Notes under the pieces: generated by a model
Seen by the model: the letters and a program-made list of their open reading frames with translations, nothing else
The model's database searches: none
Told to the model about the DNA's origin: nothing
Part shown: positions 9,130 to 18,176 of the stretch, piece after piece
Numbering within the stretch: position 1 is the first letter of the stretch
Layout: every line of letters begins with the position of its first letter
Assembly (NCBI GenBank): GCA_027064425.1
Contig: JAMOPO010000057.1
Location: forward strand, 64,001-128,000
Length of the DNA stretch: 64,000 bases
From: Methanobacteriota archaeon
Lineage (GTDB): Archaea > JAADCQ01 > Methanopyri > Methanopyrales > Methanopyraceae
Reading direction: 5' to 3'
Translations under genes and position numbers: made by a program

Positions 9130-10016
9130 GGTCATTGGCCCGCACGATCCACCGCGCTCTTTTTTCCGCGATCGCGCCCCTGCTCCTGTCCCTGCTGCCC
9201 TTCTTCTGGATCCCACACCTGGCCTTCCTCCTCGCCGCGCTGGGCATCTGCGCGGAACGGTACGGAGTCCCGGCCACGTCCATGGTCTCCGGCATCGTGG
9301 CGCTGGCGCTGATTTTCGGGCAGCCCTACCTGGCCGCCCTCGCCGCCGTCATCGGCGAGCTAACCATCGCGGAGGCGCTTAGACGCAAGCTCTCGGACGA
9401 CCCGGTGGCCTCGACCCTGCACTCCGCCGTCGGGGGCGCGGCGGCCGCGGTACTCGTCGGCCAGGCGATGGGTGGAACGCTCCACGCCATCATCTTCGGC
9501 CTCACGATCTTCGCGGCGTTCATCCGGCCCCCGCTGGCCCCGAAGCTCTACGAGCGTCGGGAGCGGTACGACCCCTGGAACTCGATCGTCCTGGCCGCCC
9601 TGATGCTGTTCGGGCTCGTTCCCCTGGTCGGGATCGGCAACGCCTGCCTGGCCTTCCTCGTCGCGAAGGGGGTCGACGGCTCCGGCGGTCTCGCTCAGTT
9701 CATCCCGCGCTCCGTGAACCCGGTGGTCTCGCTCGAGGGGCTCAAGGTCCGCCGGGTGGAGGAGGGCATCAGCCCGATCGGCACGCTCTTCGAGTTCCTG
9801 ACCGCGCTGGGCCTGGGCCTCCTCATCACGGGCTCCTGGAAGGGCGGTCTCGCGATGGGGGCGACGGTCACGATCGCCGACGTCGTGTCCAACGTAACCG
9901 GAGTTGAGAAGTACCACAAAGGGGACGACCTGCTCATGACCCTCGCCGCCGCCTGGACGATCCACACGTTCGGCACCCACGGGCTGCTCACGATCACCCG
10001 GCACCTGCAGGGGTGA
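9126..10016 (+). CDS. Multi-pass membrane protein, weak dolichol-kinase/cytidylyltransferase-like motifs
   Basis: Many hydrophobic segments; KGVDGSGGL, EGISPIGTLFEF and KGDDLLMTL loosely echo GD..A, KS.EG and DNL motifs. Confidence 0.6.
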   Translation: MRSLARTIHRALFSAIAPLLLSLLPFFWIPHLAFLLAALGICAERYGVPATSMVSGIVALALIFGQPYLAALAAVIGELTIAEALRRKLSDDPVASTLHSAVGGAAAAVLVGQAMGGTLHAIIFGLTIFAAFIRPPLAPKLYERRERYDPWNSIVLAALMLFGLVPLVGIGNACLAFLVAKGVDGSGGLAQFIPRSVNPVVSLEGLKVRRVEEGISPIGTLFEFLTALGLGLLITGSWKGGLAMGATVTIADVVSNVTGVEKYHKGDDLLMTLAAAWTIHTFGTHGLLTITRHLQG

Positions 10017-10022
10017 GGCGGC

Positions 10023-10508
10023 GTGGGCTGGCGCTACCCGACCGCCGCCGTCGCCATCTCCCTCTTCATGTACTCCGGGGTCGACACGGAGCCGCTGCAG
10101 TACTGCACGGCCCAGTGGGTGGAGTCGCTCCTCCGCGCGCTGGGGGTCAACCTCCCCAAGACCGGGTACACCTTCCAGGTTGGCAAGGTCAACGCCGTGA
10201 TCGTTAAGGGCTGCGTGGTGTGGCCCGCGATCTCCATCTTCATCGGCCTGATCCTCGCCACCCCGGGCCCCTCGCTGGCCCGGAAGCTCCTGGCCGTGGC
10301 CGTCTCGACCGCGGTCATGACCGCCGGGAACGTCCTCCGGCTCGCCTTCATGTTCTACATGATGGAGGTCTGGGGCGTCGGGTTCACGCTCGCCCACGAC
10401 GTCGTCGGCCAGCTGATCGGCCTCCTGATCATCGTGCTCGCCGGCTGGGCCGCCTTCGAGATCGTCCCAGAAACTGAAGAGAAGCTGCGCGAGCTGATCC
10501 CCGTCTAG
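10023..10508 (+). CDS. Archaeosortase/exosortase family protein
   Basis: Hydrophobic; Cys (IVKGC), Arg (NVLR) and His (AHD) triad of the exosortase family. Confidence 0.8.
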   Translation: MGWRYPTAAVAISLFMYSGVDTEPLQYCTAQWVESLLRALGVNLPKTGYTFQVGKVNAVIVKGCVVWPAISIFIGLILATPGPSLARKLLAVAVSTAVMTAGNVLRLAFMFYMMEVWGVGFTLAHDVVGQLIGLLIIVLAGWAAFEIVPETEEKLRELIPV

Positions 10509-10518
10509 GGGGAGCAAG

Positions 10519-11769
10519 GTGCGGACTTACGATGCCGACTTCCACCTCCACTCCAAGTACTCCGGCGGCACCTCCCCGAAGATGGTCGTGAAGGAGATCG
10601 CCCGGGGAGCGGTGAGGAAGGGGCTGGACATCGTCGGGACCGGGGACATCCTGCACCCCCGGTGGCGCAAGCACGTGCGCCGCGAGCTGGAGGAGGACGA
10701 GCACGGCCTGCTCCGCGAGCCGCGCACCGGCGTCCTGTTCGTTCCCACGGTCGAGATCGAGGACCGGAACCGGGTTCACCACCTCGTGATCCTGCCCTCG
10801 CTGGACGAGGCCGAGGACCTGTACGAGGACCTCGAGCCTCACTCGCCGGACATCACCGAGGAGGGTAGGCCGCGGGTCGACCTGTCCGGGGCCGAGCTGA
10901 TCGACCTGCTGAAGGAGCGGGAGTGCCTGGTGGGGCCGGCGCACGCGTTCGTCCCCTGGACCAGCGTGTTCAAGGAGTACGACTCCCTCTCCGAGTGCTA
11001 CGGCGACGCCGTGGACAGGGTGGATTTCGTGGAGCTGGGCCTCTCCGCGGACTCCAGCTACGCGGACCGGATCTCGGAGCTGCACGACTACACGTTCCTC
11101 ACGTGCTCGGACGCACACTCACCCTACCCGCACCGGCTCGGGCGGGAGTTCGTCCGGCTGGAGCTGGAGGAGCCCTCCTACGACGCGATCAAGGCGGCGA
11201 TGCACCGGAAGCCGGGCGGCCGCGTGGTCCTGAACGTGGGCCTGGTCCCGGAGCTGGGCAAGTACAACCGGACGGCGTGCGCCCGGTGCAAGCGGCAGTT
11301 CGAGCTGGAGGAGGCCGAGCGGCTGAACTGGCGCTGCCCCGAGTGCGGCGGCCAGATCAAGAAGGGCGTCCGGGACCGGGTGCTGGAGCTGGCGGACCTG
11401 GAGGAGCCGGAGCACCCGGACCACCGGCCACCGTACCTGCGGATCGTCCCGCTGTCGGAGCTGATCGCCAAGGCGCTCGGGATCTCGACCGTCACGGCGA
11501 AGAAGGTGAACGCCGTGTGGAGCGCGCTCGTCCGGCGGTTCGGGAGCGAGATCGACGTCCTGGTTGAGGCGCCGCCGGAGGAGGTGGCGGAGGTGGACGA
11601 GCGGGTCGCGGAGCTGCTGAAGGCCTTCCGGGAGGGGTCCGTCAGCATCCGGCCCGGCGGAGGTGGGAGGTACGGCGAGATCGTCACGGGAGAGGAGGGT
11701 GAAGAGGAGGGCGAGTCGGAGGACGGCAGGGTGGTCCAGCGGACGCTGGATGACGTCCTCCGGGGGTAG
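10519..11769 (+). CDS. Endonuclease Q (PHP domain + Zn ribbon, TIGR00375-like)
   Basis: DFHLHSKYS, GTGDILHP, ELGLSAD, SDAHS, RLGRE, GKYNRTAC, CPECGG, PGGGGRYG. Confidence 0.9.
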   Translation: MRTYDADFHLHSKYSGGTSPKMVVKEIARGAVRKGLDIVGTGDILHPRWRKHVRRELEEDEHGLLREPRTGVLFVPTVEIEDRNRVHHLVILPSLDEAEDLYEDLEPHSPDITEEGRPRVDLSGAELIDLLKERECLVGPAHAFVPWTSVFKEYDSLSECYGDAVDRVDFVELGLSADSSYADRISELHDYTFLTCSDAHSPYPHRLGREFVRLELEEPSYDAIKAAMHRKPGGRVVLNVGLVPELGKYNRTACARCKRQFELEEAERLNWRCPECGGQIKKGVRDRVLELADLEEPEHPDHRPPYLRIVPLSELIAKALGISTVTAKKVNAVWSALVRRFGSEIDVLVEAPPEEVAEVDERVAELLKAFREGSVSIRPGGGGRYGEIVTGEEGEEEGESEDGRVVQRTLDDVLRG

Positions 11770-11773
11770 CCTC

Positions 11774-13252
11774 GTGCCCCTGATCCGCCGCAGGCGCCTC
11801 CGTCGGTTCTTGGAGCGGATCGAGGTGCGGGTCGGGATAGAGGAGGAGCTGTTCCTGATCAACCGCCGCGGCTCGCTCGCGCAGGCGGCCGACGACGTGA
11901 TGGTGGAGGCGGCCGACCTCCTGGAGTCGGACTCCTCCCTGCTCGACGCGTGCTGGGAGTACATCCTGGGTCTGGACCCGGAGCCCAACCGCGCCCAGAT
12001 CGAGTACATCACCCAGCCCGTCCCGCCCGACGAGGTCCGAGACGCCTGCGAGACCGGGCGGGAGCTCATCCGCAAGGCGGCGAGTAAGCTCGGCCTGCTC
12101 GTCATGCTGGAGAGCATGCACCCGGTCGAGAGCGACCCGCTCCCCATCAACGGGACGCACGTGAACGTGGCCATCCGGCTCAAGGACAAGCCGTACATGA
12201 CGCCCTCCCAGGTCTGCGCGGTCTACAACTACCTCTGGTACCACCTGCCCACGATCATCGCGGCCACGGCCAACTCGCCCTACTGCTGCGGTGGGAAGAA
12301 CCTCGCCGCCAGCTGCCGGCTGCTGAAGAGCCGCGTGCTCAAGCCCAACCGGCACGCGAAGCTGAAGCGTCCTCCCAAGAGGCCCACCCTGACTCAGACG
12401 CAGTACTACGGTCGGCTCCGGTACAAGCTCCGGCTCCGTAAGGACACGGAGTTCGAGGAGCGGGTGGTGGCGCACCCTAACGGCAAGCGGCTGGTGGACA
12501 TCACCCCGCGCGGCCCGGCCTCGAACGTGACGGGGGACGAGAACGAGAGTCCCGACCGGAACCGGGTGGAGGTGCGCGCGATCGATAACCAGAAGTCCCT
12601 GGACTACCTGCACGACGTGGTCCTGCTGATCGTGGGGCTGAGCATTCACGGGTTTTATCTCCACGAGAAGGAGGGTCGGACGGACTACCCGGACAAGAAC
12701 CACCGCAAGAACCGGGAGCTGGCGATACGGGCCGGAATCGAGGCCGAGTTCGTGCAGGACGGCCGCGTCGTCAAGGCCCGCGAGGCCCTGCTGGAGCTGG
12801 TGGGCCTCGTGGAGGACATCGTCGACGAGTTCGGGCTGTCCTTCCGGTCCCAGCTGCGCAACGGGAAGGCCGAGATCGAGAGTCGCCCGGCCCTGCGCGT
12901 GGAGCGACAGTTCGAGGAGCTGGCGAGGTACGAGGGGAAGGAGGTCGTCGTCCAGCTGGGCTCGGACCGCGTCATCGAGATCGGTGGGAAGCGGGTCCGA
13001 ATCCCCGAGGGCACGCGGCTGGTGGGGAAGCTGACCAGAGTCGCGGATTACGAGTACCGCCGGGATAAACTGGGCCTCGTCAAGCACATAGTGAAGGCGA
13101 AGATCACCGCCGGTGTCGACCGGCCGGTGGTCGTGGTCGAGCGGGAGGGCGTCGTGGGCCGGCTACCGCGGGGTGTTAGGGTGCCGCTCAAAGAGGGTGA
13201 CCGGATCGTCCAGCTCGAGTACGTGAGCCGGGGGATCCCGGGTCGGTGGTGA
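11774..13252 (+). CDS. Glutamate-cysteine ligase family 2 (GCS2)-like carboxylate-amine ligase
   Basis: VGIEEELFLI, QIEYIT, GTHVNV, ATANSP, VEVRAID; extra beta-rich C-terminal domain; GTG 11774. Confidence 0.8.
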   Translation: MPLIRRRRLRRFLERIEVRVGIEEELFLINRRGSLAQAADDVMVEAADLLESDSSLLDACWEYILGLDPEPNRAQIEYITQPVPPDEVRDACETGRELIRKAASKLGLLVMLESMHPVESDPLPINGTHVNVAIRLKDKPYMTPSQVCAVYNYLWYHLPTIIAATANSPYCCGGKNLAASCRLLKSRVLKPNRHAKLKRPPKRPTLTQTQYYGRLRYKLRLRKDTEFEERVVAHPNGKRLVDITPRGPASNVTGDENESPDRNRVEVRAIDNQKSLDYLHDVVLLIVGLSIHGFYLHEKEGRTDYPDKNHRKNRELAIRAGIEAEFVQDGRVVKAREALLELVGLVEDIVDEFGLSFRSQLRNGKAEIESRPALRVERQFEELARYEGKEVVVQLGSDRVIEIGGKRVRIPEGTRLVGKLTRVADYEYRRDKLGLVKHIVKAKITAGVDRPVVVVEREGVVGRLPRGVRVPLKEGDRIVQLEYVSRGIPGRW

Positions 13253-13974
13253 TCGACGTTCACAACCACCTCGGGGAGGACGTGGACGGTACCGTCCAGA
13301 CCGTGGAGATGCTGCTCGCCAAGATACGGGTCAGCGGGATCGACCGGGCGGTCGTTTTCCCCTTCAACGACGTGGACCCGGGTGTGTGCTTCTCCAAGGC
13401 GAACGACCGGATCGCGCAGGCCTGCTCGGAGCACGAGGAGCTGATCGGGTTCTGCCGGGTGGACCCGAACTGCGAGGAGGTGGCGGTGGAGGAGGTCGAG
13501 CGGTGCGTGCGCGAGCTGGGGCTGAGGGGGGTCAAGCTGCACCCGCGCAGCCAGTCCTTCTACCCGGACGATCCCGAGGCAGTGAGAGTGGTGGAGAAGG
13601 CGGCCGACCTGGGCGTCCCGGTGATCATTCACACGGCTCGGGGGGAGCCCTTCTCGGACCCCGTCCGGGTGGGGCGGCTGGCGGAGGAGGTCCCGGACAC
13701 GCCCATCGTGATGGCGCACATGGGGAAGGAGCTGGGGTACGACGCGGCGATCAAGGTCGCGGAGGAGCACGAGAACGCGTACCTCGAGATCTCGCTGGTC
13801 AAGGACCCGAAGGTCATCGAGCGGGCGGCGGAGGTGGTGGGTGACGAGCGCATCCTCTTCGGCTCGGACTCGCCCTACGGCAGCCCCGCCGCGCAGCTGG
13901 AGGTGGTAAAGAAGGCCGACGTCGACCACGATAAGATCCTGGAGAAGAACGCGAAGAAGCTGCTGGGGCTCTAG
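13246..13974 (+). CDS. Amidohydrolase family (Amidohydro_2) metal-dependent hydrolase
   Basis: IDVHNH, GVKLHP, VIIHT, AHMG, ILFGSDSP. Confidence 0.9.
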   Translation: MVIDVHNHLGEDVDGTVQTVEMLLAKIRVSGIDRAVVFPFNDVDPGVCFSKANDRIAQACSEHEELIGFCRVDPNCEEVAVEEVERCVRELGLRGVKLHPRSQSFYPDDPEAVRVVEKAADLGVPVIIHTARGEPFSDPVRVGRLAEEVPDTPIVMAHMGKELGYDAAIKVAEEHENAYLEISLVKDPKVIERAAEVVGDERILFGSDSPYGSPAAQLEVVKKADVDHDKILEKNAKKLLGL

Positions 13975-13976
13975 GC

Positions 13977-14711
13977 TTGCCGCTGAGAAGCCGCGCCGTG
14001 GAGCTGATTCTCCGGGAGGGAATCTCGGACGTTCGGGAGCTCTCCGAGCGGCTCGATGTCCCGCCGGAGGAGCTCGAGCGCATCCTGGCGGGCGTCCCTG
14101 GCCTGTCGATTGGTGACGGTGAGGTGCGCCCGGAGGTGAGGCTGCGCGGCTACGTGGAGGTGCGAGGAACGCGCCCGATCCTCCTTACGGCCCCGCACGC
14201 GCAGGGACCCGGGGCGGACGTCTTCACCGGCGAGATCGCGTGGTGGGTGGCGCAGATCTCCGGATGCTACGCGCTCATAGGAACGGTCAGCCGGAAGTCG
14301 CGCCTGCCCGGGGAGGACCGCCCGGCGGACTACAACCGAGAGTGGGCCCGGGACACGCCCTTCCGGCGCCGGATCTCGGAGCTGATCGAGGAGCACGGGA
14401 TCCGCTTCATCGTGGACCTGCACGGGATGGAGTCCGACCCGGTCCGGCCGGAGATCGACGTCGGGGCACTGGGCGGGGAGGCCGCTCAGGGCGAGCTCGT
14501 CTCGAAGATCGTGGAGCGGCTGGAGGAGTGCGGGTTCGACGTGGGGTTCGAGCAGGAGTTCTGCGGCGGGGACATCCTGGAGTACCACTGCGACGGCGAG
14601 CGGGTGCAGGGGATTCAGCTGGAGCTGTCGGACGAGCTGCGGGAGTTAGACGAATATAGAGGGATCCTGGCCGTGCTGGTGGTCGTTAACACGTTACTGG
14701 GGGAGTTGTGA
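13977..14711 (+). CDS. N-formylglutamate amidohydrolase / poly-gamma-glutamate hydrolase-like Zn peptidase with N-terminal HTH
   Basis: PILLTAPHA, DYNR, IVDLHGM, GIQLEL; N-terminal DVRELSERLDVPPEEL helix-turn-helix. Confidence 0.7.
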   Translation: MPLRSRAVELILREGISDVRELSERLDVPPEELERILAGVPGLSIGDGEVRPEVRLRGYVEVRGTRPILLTAPHAQGPGADVFTGEIAWWVAQISGCYALIGTVSRKSRLPGEDRPADYNREWARDTPFRRRISELIEEHGIRFIVDLHGMESDPVRPEIDVGALGGEAAQGELVSKIVERLEECGFDVGFEQEFCGGDILEYHCDGERVQGIQLELSDELRELDEYRGILAVLVVVNTLLGEL

Positions 14712-14714
14712 TAC

Positions 14715-15191
14715 ATGGTAGCCGTCGTGCTCGTCGGTCACGGTAGTCGGCTGCCTTACAACCGGGAGGTCGTGGAGAAAATCGCGGAGTACGTGGAGGA
14801 GATGGGCGACTTCGAGACCGTCGAGGTCGGGTTCATGGAGTTCTCGAAGCCGTCCATCCCGGAGGCCGTGAGGCGGGCGGCCGAGTCGGGCGCGGACAAG
14901 ATCGTCGTCGTCCCGGTGTTCCTGGCCCACGGGGTGCACACCAAGCGGGACATCCCGAGGATGCTGGGTCTAGAACCGGACTGGGAAGAGGATGAGGGAG
15001 GAGATGAAGGGCACCACCACGATCACGGTCACGACCACGACCATGATCACGATCACCATGGGCACGATCACCGCGACCACGAGCCCGTGGAGGTGGACGC
15101 GGAGATCATTTACACGGAGCCGATAGGCGCGGACCGACGCATCGCCGAGATCATCCTGGATCGGATCGAGGAAGCGCTGAAGGAGGAGTAG
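14715..15191 (+). CDS. cbiX: Sirohydrochlorin Co/Ni chelatase (CbiX-S/CfbA) with His-rich insert
   Basis: VLVGHGSR, VPVFLAHGVHTKRDIP, His/Asp tract, TEPIGAD. Confidence 0.92.
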   Translation: MVAVVLVGHGSRLPYNREVVEKIAEYVEEMGDFETVEVGFMEFSKPSIPEAVRRAAESGADKIVVVPVFLAHGVHTKRDIPRMLGLEPDWEEDEGGDEGHHHDHGHDHDHDHDHHGHDHRDHEPVEVDAEIIYTEPIGADRRIAEIILDRIEEALKEE

Positions 15192-15194
15192 GCC

Positions 15195-15860
15195 TTGTCT
15201 GGCCTCATCATAGCGACGCTGACGGGACGCACCGTCGAGGACATGGTCGAGCTGGCCATCGAGGCCGTGGAGCAGGGAGCCGACATGCTTGAGGTCCGGC
15301 TGGACTACTTGGATAACCTCGACCTGAGGACCGCGCTGAGGGCCGTACGGGAGTGCTCGATGTACGAGCGCGTGGTCGCCACGCTGCGCCGGAAGGAGGA
15401 GGGCGGCCTGTACGAGGGGGACGAGGAGCGTCGGCTGGAGATCCTGGAGCGGGTCTCTGAGGAGGCGGACTTCGTGGACGTGGAGCTGGACGTGGCGGAG
15501 GAGGACGTGATCGACCCCGCGTGCGACGTGATCGTGTCCCACCATGACTTCGAGGGGACGCCATCCAAGGAGGAGCTGTTCGAGCTGCGAGACCGGTGCG
15601 CGGAGCTGGGAGACGTGGCGAAGGTGGTGCCCACGGCCAGGAGTCACGCCGACGCGCTTCGGGTCCTCGAGATGGTCGCGACCGCCGACTCGCCCACGAT
15701 CGGGTTCGCGATGGGCGAGCTGGCCCGCTACACCCGCGTCGTGAGCCTGCTCATGGGCGGGTTCGCGACGTACGCCGCGGTCAGGGGCGCGGCCGCTCCG
15801 GGGCAGATGACGGTTGAGGAGGTGAGAAAGATGCTGGAGATCCTGAAGAAGGAGCGCTAG
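15195..15860 (+). CDS. aroD: Type I 3-dehydroquinate dehydratase
   Basis: EVRLD, TLRRKEEGG, VDVEL, SHHDFEGTP, AMGE, APGQ. Confidence 0.93.
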   Translation: MSGLIIATLTGRTVEDMVELAIEAVEQGADMLEVRLDYLDNLDLRTALRAVRECSMYERVVATLRRKEEGGLYEGDEERRLEILERVSEEADFVDVELDVAEEDVIDPACDVIVSHHDFEGTPSKEELFELRDRCAELGDVAKVVPTARSHADALRVLEMVATADSPTIGFAMGELARYTRVVSLLMGGFATYAAVRGAAAPGQMTVEEVRKMLEILKKER

Positions 15861-16588
15861 AGGCGCTCGAGGATCTCCCTGGCCGCCTTCCGGCCCGAGC
15901 GCAGCATCCCGCCGAAGACTGGGCCCATCCGGTAGGCTCCTCGGACCGCCGACGCCGCCATCCCGACGACGAAGAGGCCCGGCTTAACCTCCCGAGTGTG
16001 CTTCTCCACGAGCTCCTCGCCCCGCTCCGCCCACATCGGCCCCTCTCCCTTCACCTCCACGCCCGCGTGCTTGCAGACCGCCGCCTCGTGACCCGTGGCA
16101 TCCACGGTGAACCTCGCCTCCATCGGCAGTGGGTCCACGTGAATCCCGGCCCGCTTGGCGGCCGTCCAGTTAACGACGACGCCCTCGATGCGACCCTGCC
16201 GCTCGATCACGTCCTCGACCTCCAGCCCCACGAGGATCGTGGCACCGGCCTCCACGGCCGCGTGGGCGAGCTTGATCGCCGCCTCCACGGGGTTGAACGC
16301 GAGGAGACCGTCCTCGGCGGGCTCCACCTCGACGCCGATCTCCTCCAGCAGCTCACCGTCCTCCTCCATGACGACGCCCGCAGGGAAGAACATGCCACCG
16401 CCGGTCATCCCGCCACCGACGTAGAGCTGCCGCTCGACGACGGTCACATCCACGTCGTTCTTGGCGAGCTCGTAGGCGCAGGTGAGGCCCGCCGGCCCCG
16501 CCCCGACGACGATCACGTCGCTCTCCGCGCAGTCGTTAAGCAACTCGTAACCTTTCCTGAGGATGGAGGAGGTGACGGCCCGCTCCAA
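15857..16588 (-). CDS. thi4: Sulfide-dependent thiazole synthase (Thi4)
   Basis: VVGAGPAGL, GGGMTGGG, HVDP (His type, not Cys), DATGH, RMGPVFGGM. Confidence 0.93.
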   Translation of the reverse strand: MERAVTSSILRKGYELLNDCAESDVIVVGAGPAGLTCAYELAKNDVDVTVVERQLYVGGGMTGGGMFFPAGVVMEEDGELLEEIGVEVEPAEDGLLAFNPVEAAIKLAHAAVEAGATILVGLEVEDVIERQGRIEGVVVNWTAAKRAGIHVDPLPMEARFTVDATGHEAAVCKHAGVEVKGEGPMWAERGEELVEKHTREVKPGLFVVGMAASAVRGAYRMGPVFGGMLRSGRKAAREILERL

Positions 16589-16615
16589 GGTCGACCCCCG
16601 GGCGCGCCGCCGGCC

Positions 16616-16993
16616 TTACTCGGACTCGGCCAGCTCGCGGAGGCGGGCCTCCAGCCGCTCGATCTTCCGGCGGATGTCGTTCCGGAACTCATCGAACCGC
16701 TGCTCCAGCTCCCCCACCCGGCGGTCGAGCGCCTCCAGGCGCTGCTCCACCTTCTCAACGTCCTCGGTGGTGGCCAGACCCCAGCTGTCGATGAGCTCCT
16801 CCACCCGTCGCTCGATCATCTCGTCGACGCGCTTCGCGATGACGTCCGATCCCGGGGCCAGAGACAGCTTCCCGCCGAGCAAGGTGGAGGACTCCCCTGA
16901 CTCGGACTCGGCCCTGCCGCGGATGATCAGGGCCACGATGACGATCGCGGCCAGCGTAACCACACCGACCGCGATGAACTCGGCAATGGTCAT
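16616..16993 (-). CDS. Hypothetical N-terminally membrane-anchored coiled-coil protein
   Basis: Hydrophobic N-terminus, heptad C-terminus, GGAGGTGGTG RBS. Confidence 0.7.
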   Translation of the reverse strand: MTIAEFIAVGVVTLAAIVIVALIIRGRAESESGESSTLLGGKLSLAPGSDVIAKRVDEMIERRVEELIDSWGLATTEDVEKVEQRLEALDRRVGELEQRFDEFRNDIRRKIERLEARLRELAESE

Positions 16994-17380
16994 TCAGTCA
17001 CCACCTTCCTCCAGCTTCTCCAGATTCTGGGAGATCTCCTCCAGCTTCTTAAGCTCGTTCTCGAGCTCTAGCCGCGTCATGCGCGTTTCAACGTCAATAT
17101 ATTTTTCCGCGATGCTCATCAGGAGCGACCGGATCGTACTCACCCGGTTGAGCACCTTGGTGTCCTCGGGCAGATAAAAAAGCAGGTCGAGGAGCTTCCG
17201 GCGCTCGAGGTCGGCCCTAACCAGCTCCACCTTCTCGCGCTCGACCTTCAGCTCGAGCTCCCGGACGTGCAGCTTGCGGGCGTAAATTCGGGCCGCGATC
17301 GCGGTGACGATGATGAGCGTGACGCACCCGATCAGGGCGGTGAGGACCAGCGGCTGCGTCAGCGCCTGCAGGAGGTTCAC
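16994..17380 (-). CDS. Hypothetical N-terminally membrane-anchored coiled-coil protein
   Basis: One TM helix then charged helices; abuts neighbours in operon. Confidence 0.7.
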   Translation of the reverse strand: MNLLQALTQPLVLTALIGCVTLIIVTAIAARIYARKLHVRELELKVEREKVELVRADLERRKLLDLLFYLPEDTKVLNRVSTIRSLLMSIAEKYIDVETRMTRLELENELKKLEEISQNLEKLEEGGD

Positions 17381-17384
17381 CCGA

Positions 17385-18176
17385 CTATCCCCGCAGCTCG
17401 CGGTCCAGCGCCTTGATAATGTTTTCCGCCGACTCCATGTCCCCGGTGATGTCGACGGTCAGCGGCGTGATCACGATCGAGCCCCGCCTCAGCTCGTAGA
17501 GGTCTGAGCCCTTCGGGGGATCCTCCAGCACCTCCCCGTCGATCCAGAAGTACCGGCGACCGCGCGGGTCGTACCGCTCCTCGATCTTGGGTCTGTACAT
17601 GGTGAAGGCCAGTGGGGCGGCGGTCACGCGCCCGTTCCAGCGCTCCGGGCTCGGCACGTTCACGTTCAGCACACCCTTCCAGTCGGTGTCGGAGAGTACC
17701 TTCAGCAGGCACCGCAGCACCCTGGAGGCGAGGGTGAAGTCCACGTCCTCGTCGTCCGGGTTGTTGTCCATCCGGGCTCGAACGCTCCGGACCTCCTGGG
17801 AGATCGCGATCGCCGGGATGCCGTTCCCGTACGCCTCCAGCGCCGCGCCGACCGTTCCGGACGTGGTGATGTCGGCGCTGAGGTTTTCACCCAGGTTGAT
17901 CCCGGAGACCACCAGGTCGGGCGGCTCGTCCATGACCGAGAAGGCGCCGATCAGCACGGCGTCCGCCGGCGTCCCGGAGATGGCCAGCGCCTCAACGCCC
18001 TCGATCTCCATCTCCTCCGCTCGGACGGGCTCCAGCAGGGAAATGCTGCGTCCTACCCCGCTCTGCTGGGTGGCGGGCGCCACCACCGTCACCTCGCCGA
18101 ACTCCTTGCAGACGCGGACGGCCTCCCGGAGCCCGGGCGAGGCGATCCCGTCATCGTTGGTGATCAGAATTCTCAC
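17385..18176 (-). CDS. surE: 5'/3'-nucleotidase SurE
   Basis: ILITNDDG, VVAPATQQSG, GTPAD, SGINLGEN, SGTVGAA. Confidence 0.96.
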   Translation of the reverse strand: MRILITNDDGIASPGLREAVRVCKEFGEVTVVAPATQQSGVGRSISLLEPVRAEEMEIEGVEALAISGTPADAVLIGAFSVMDEPPDLVVSGINLGENLSADITTSGTVGAALEAYGNGIPAIAISQEVRSVRARMDNNPDDEDVDFTLASRVLRCLLKVLSDTDWKGVLNVNVPSPERWNGRVTAAPLAFTMYRPKIEERYDPRGRRYFWIDGEVLEDPPKGSDLYELRRGSIVITPLTVDITGDMESAENIIKALDRELRG

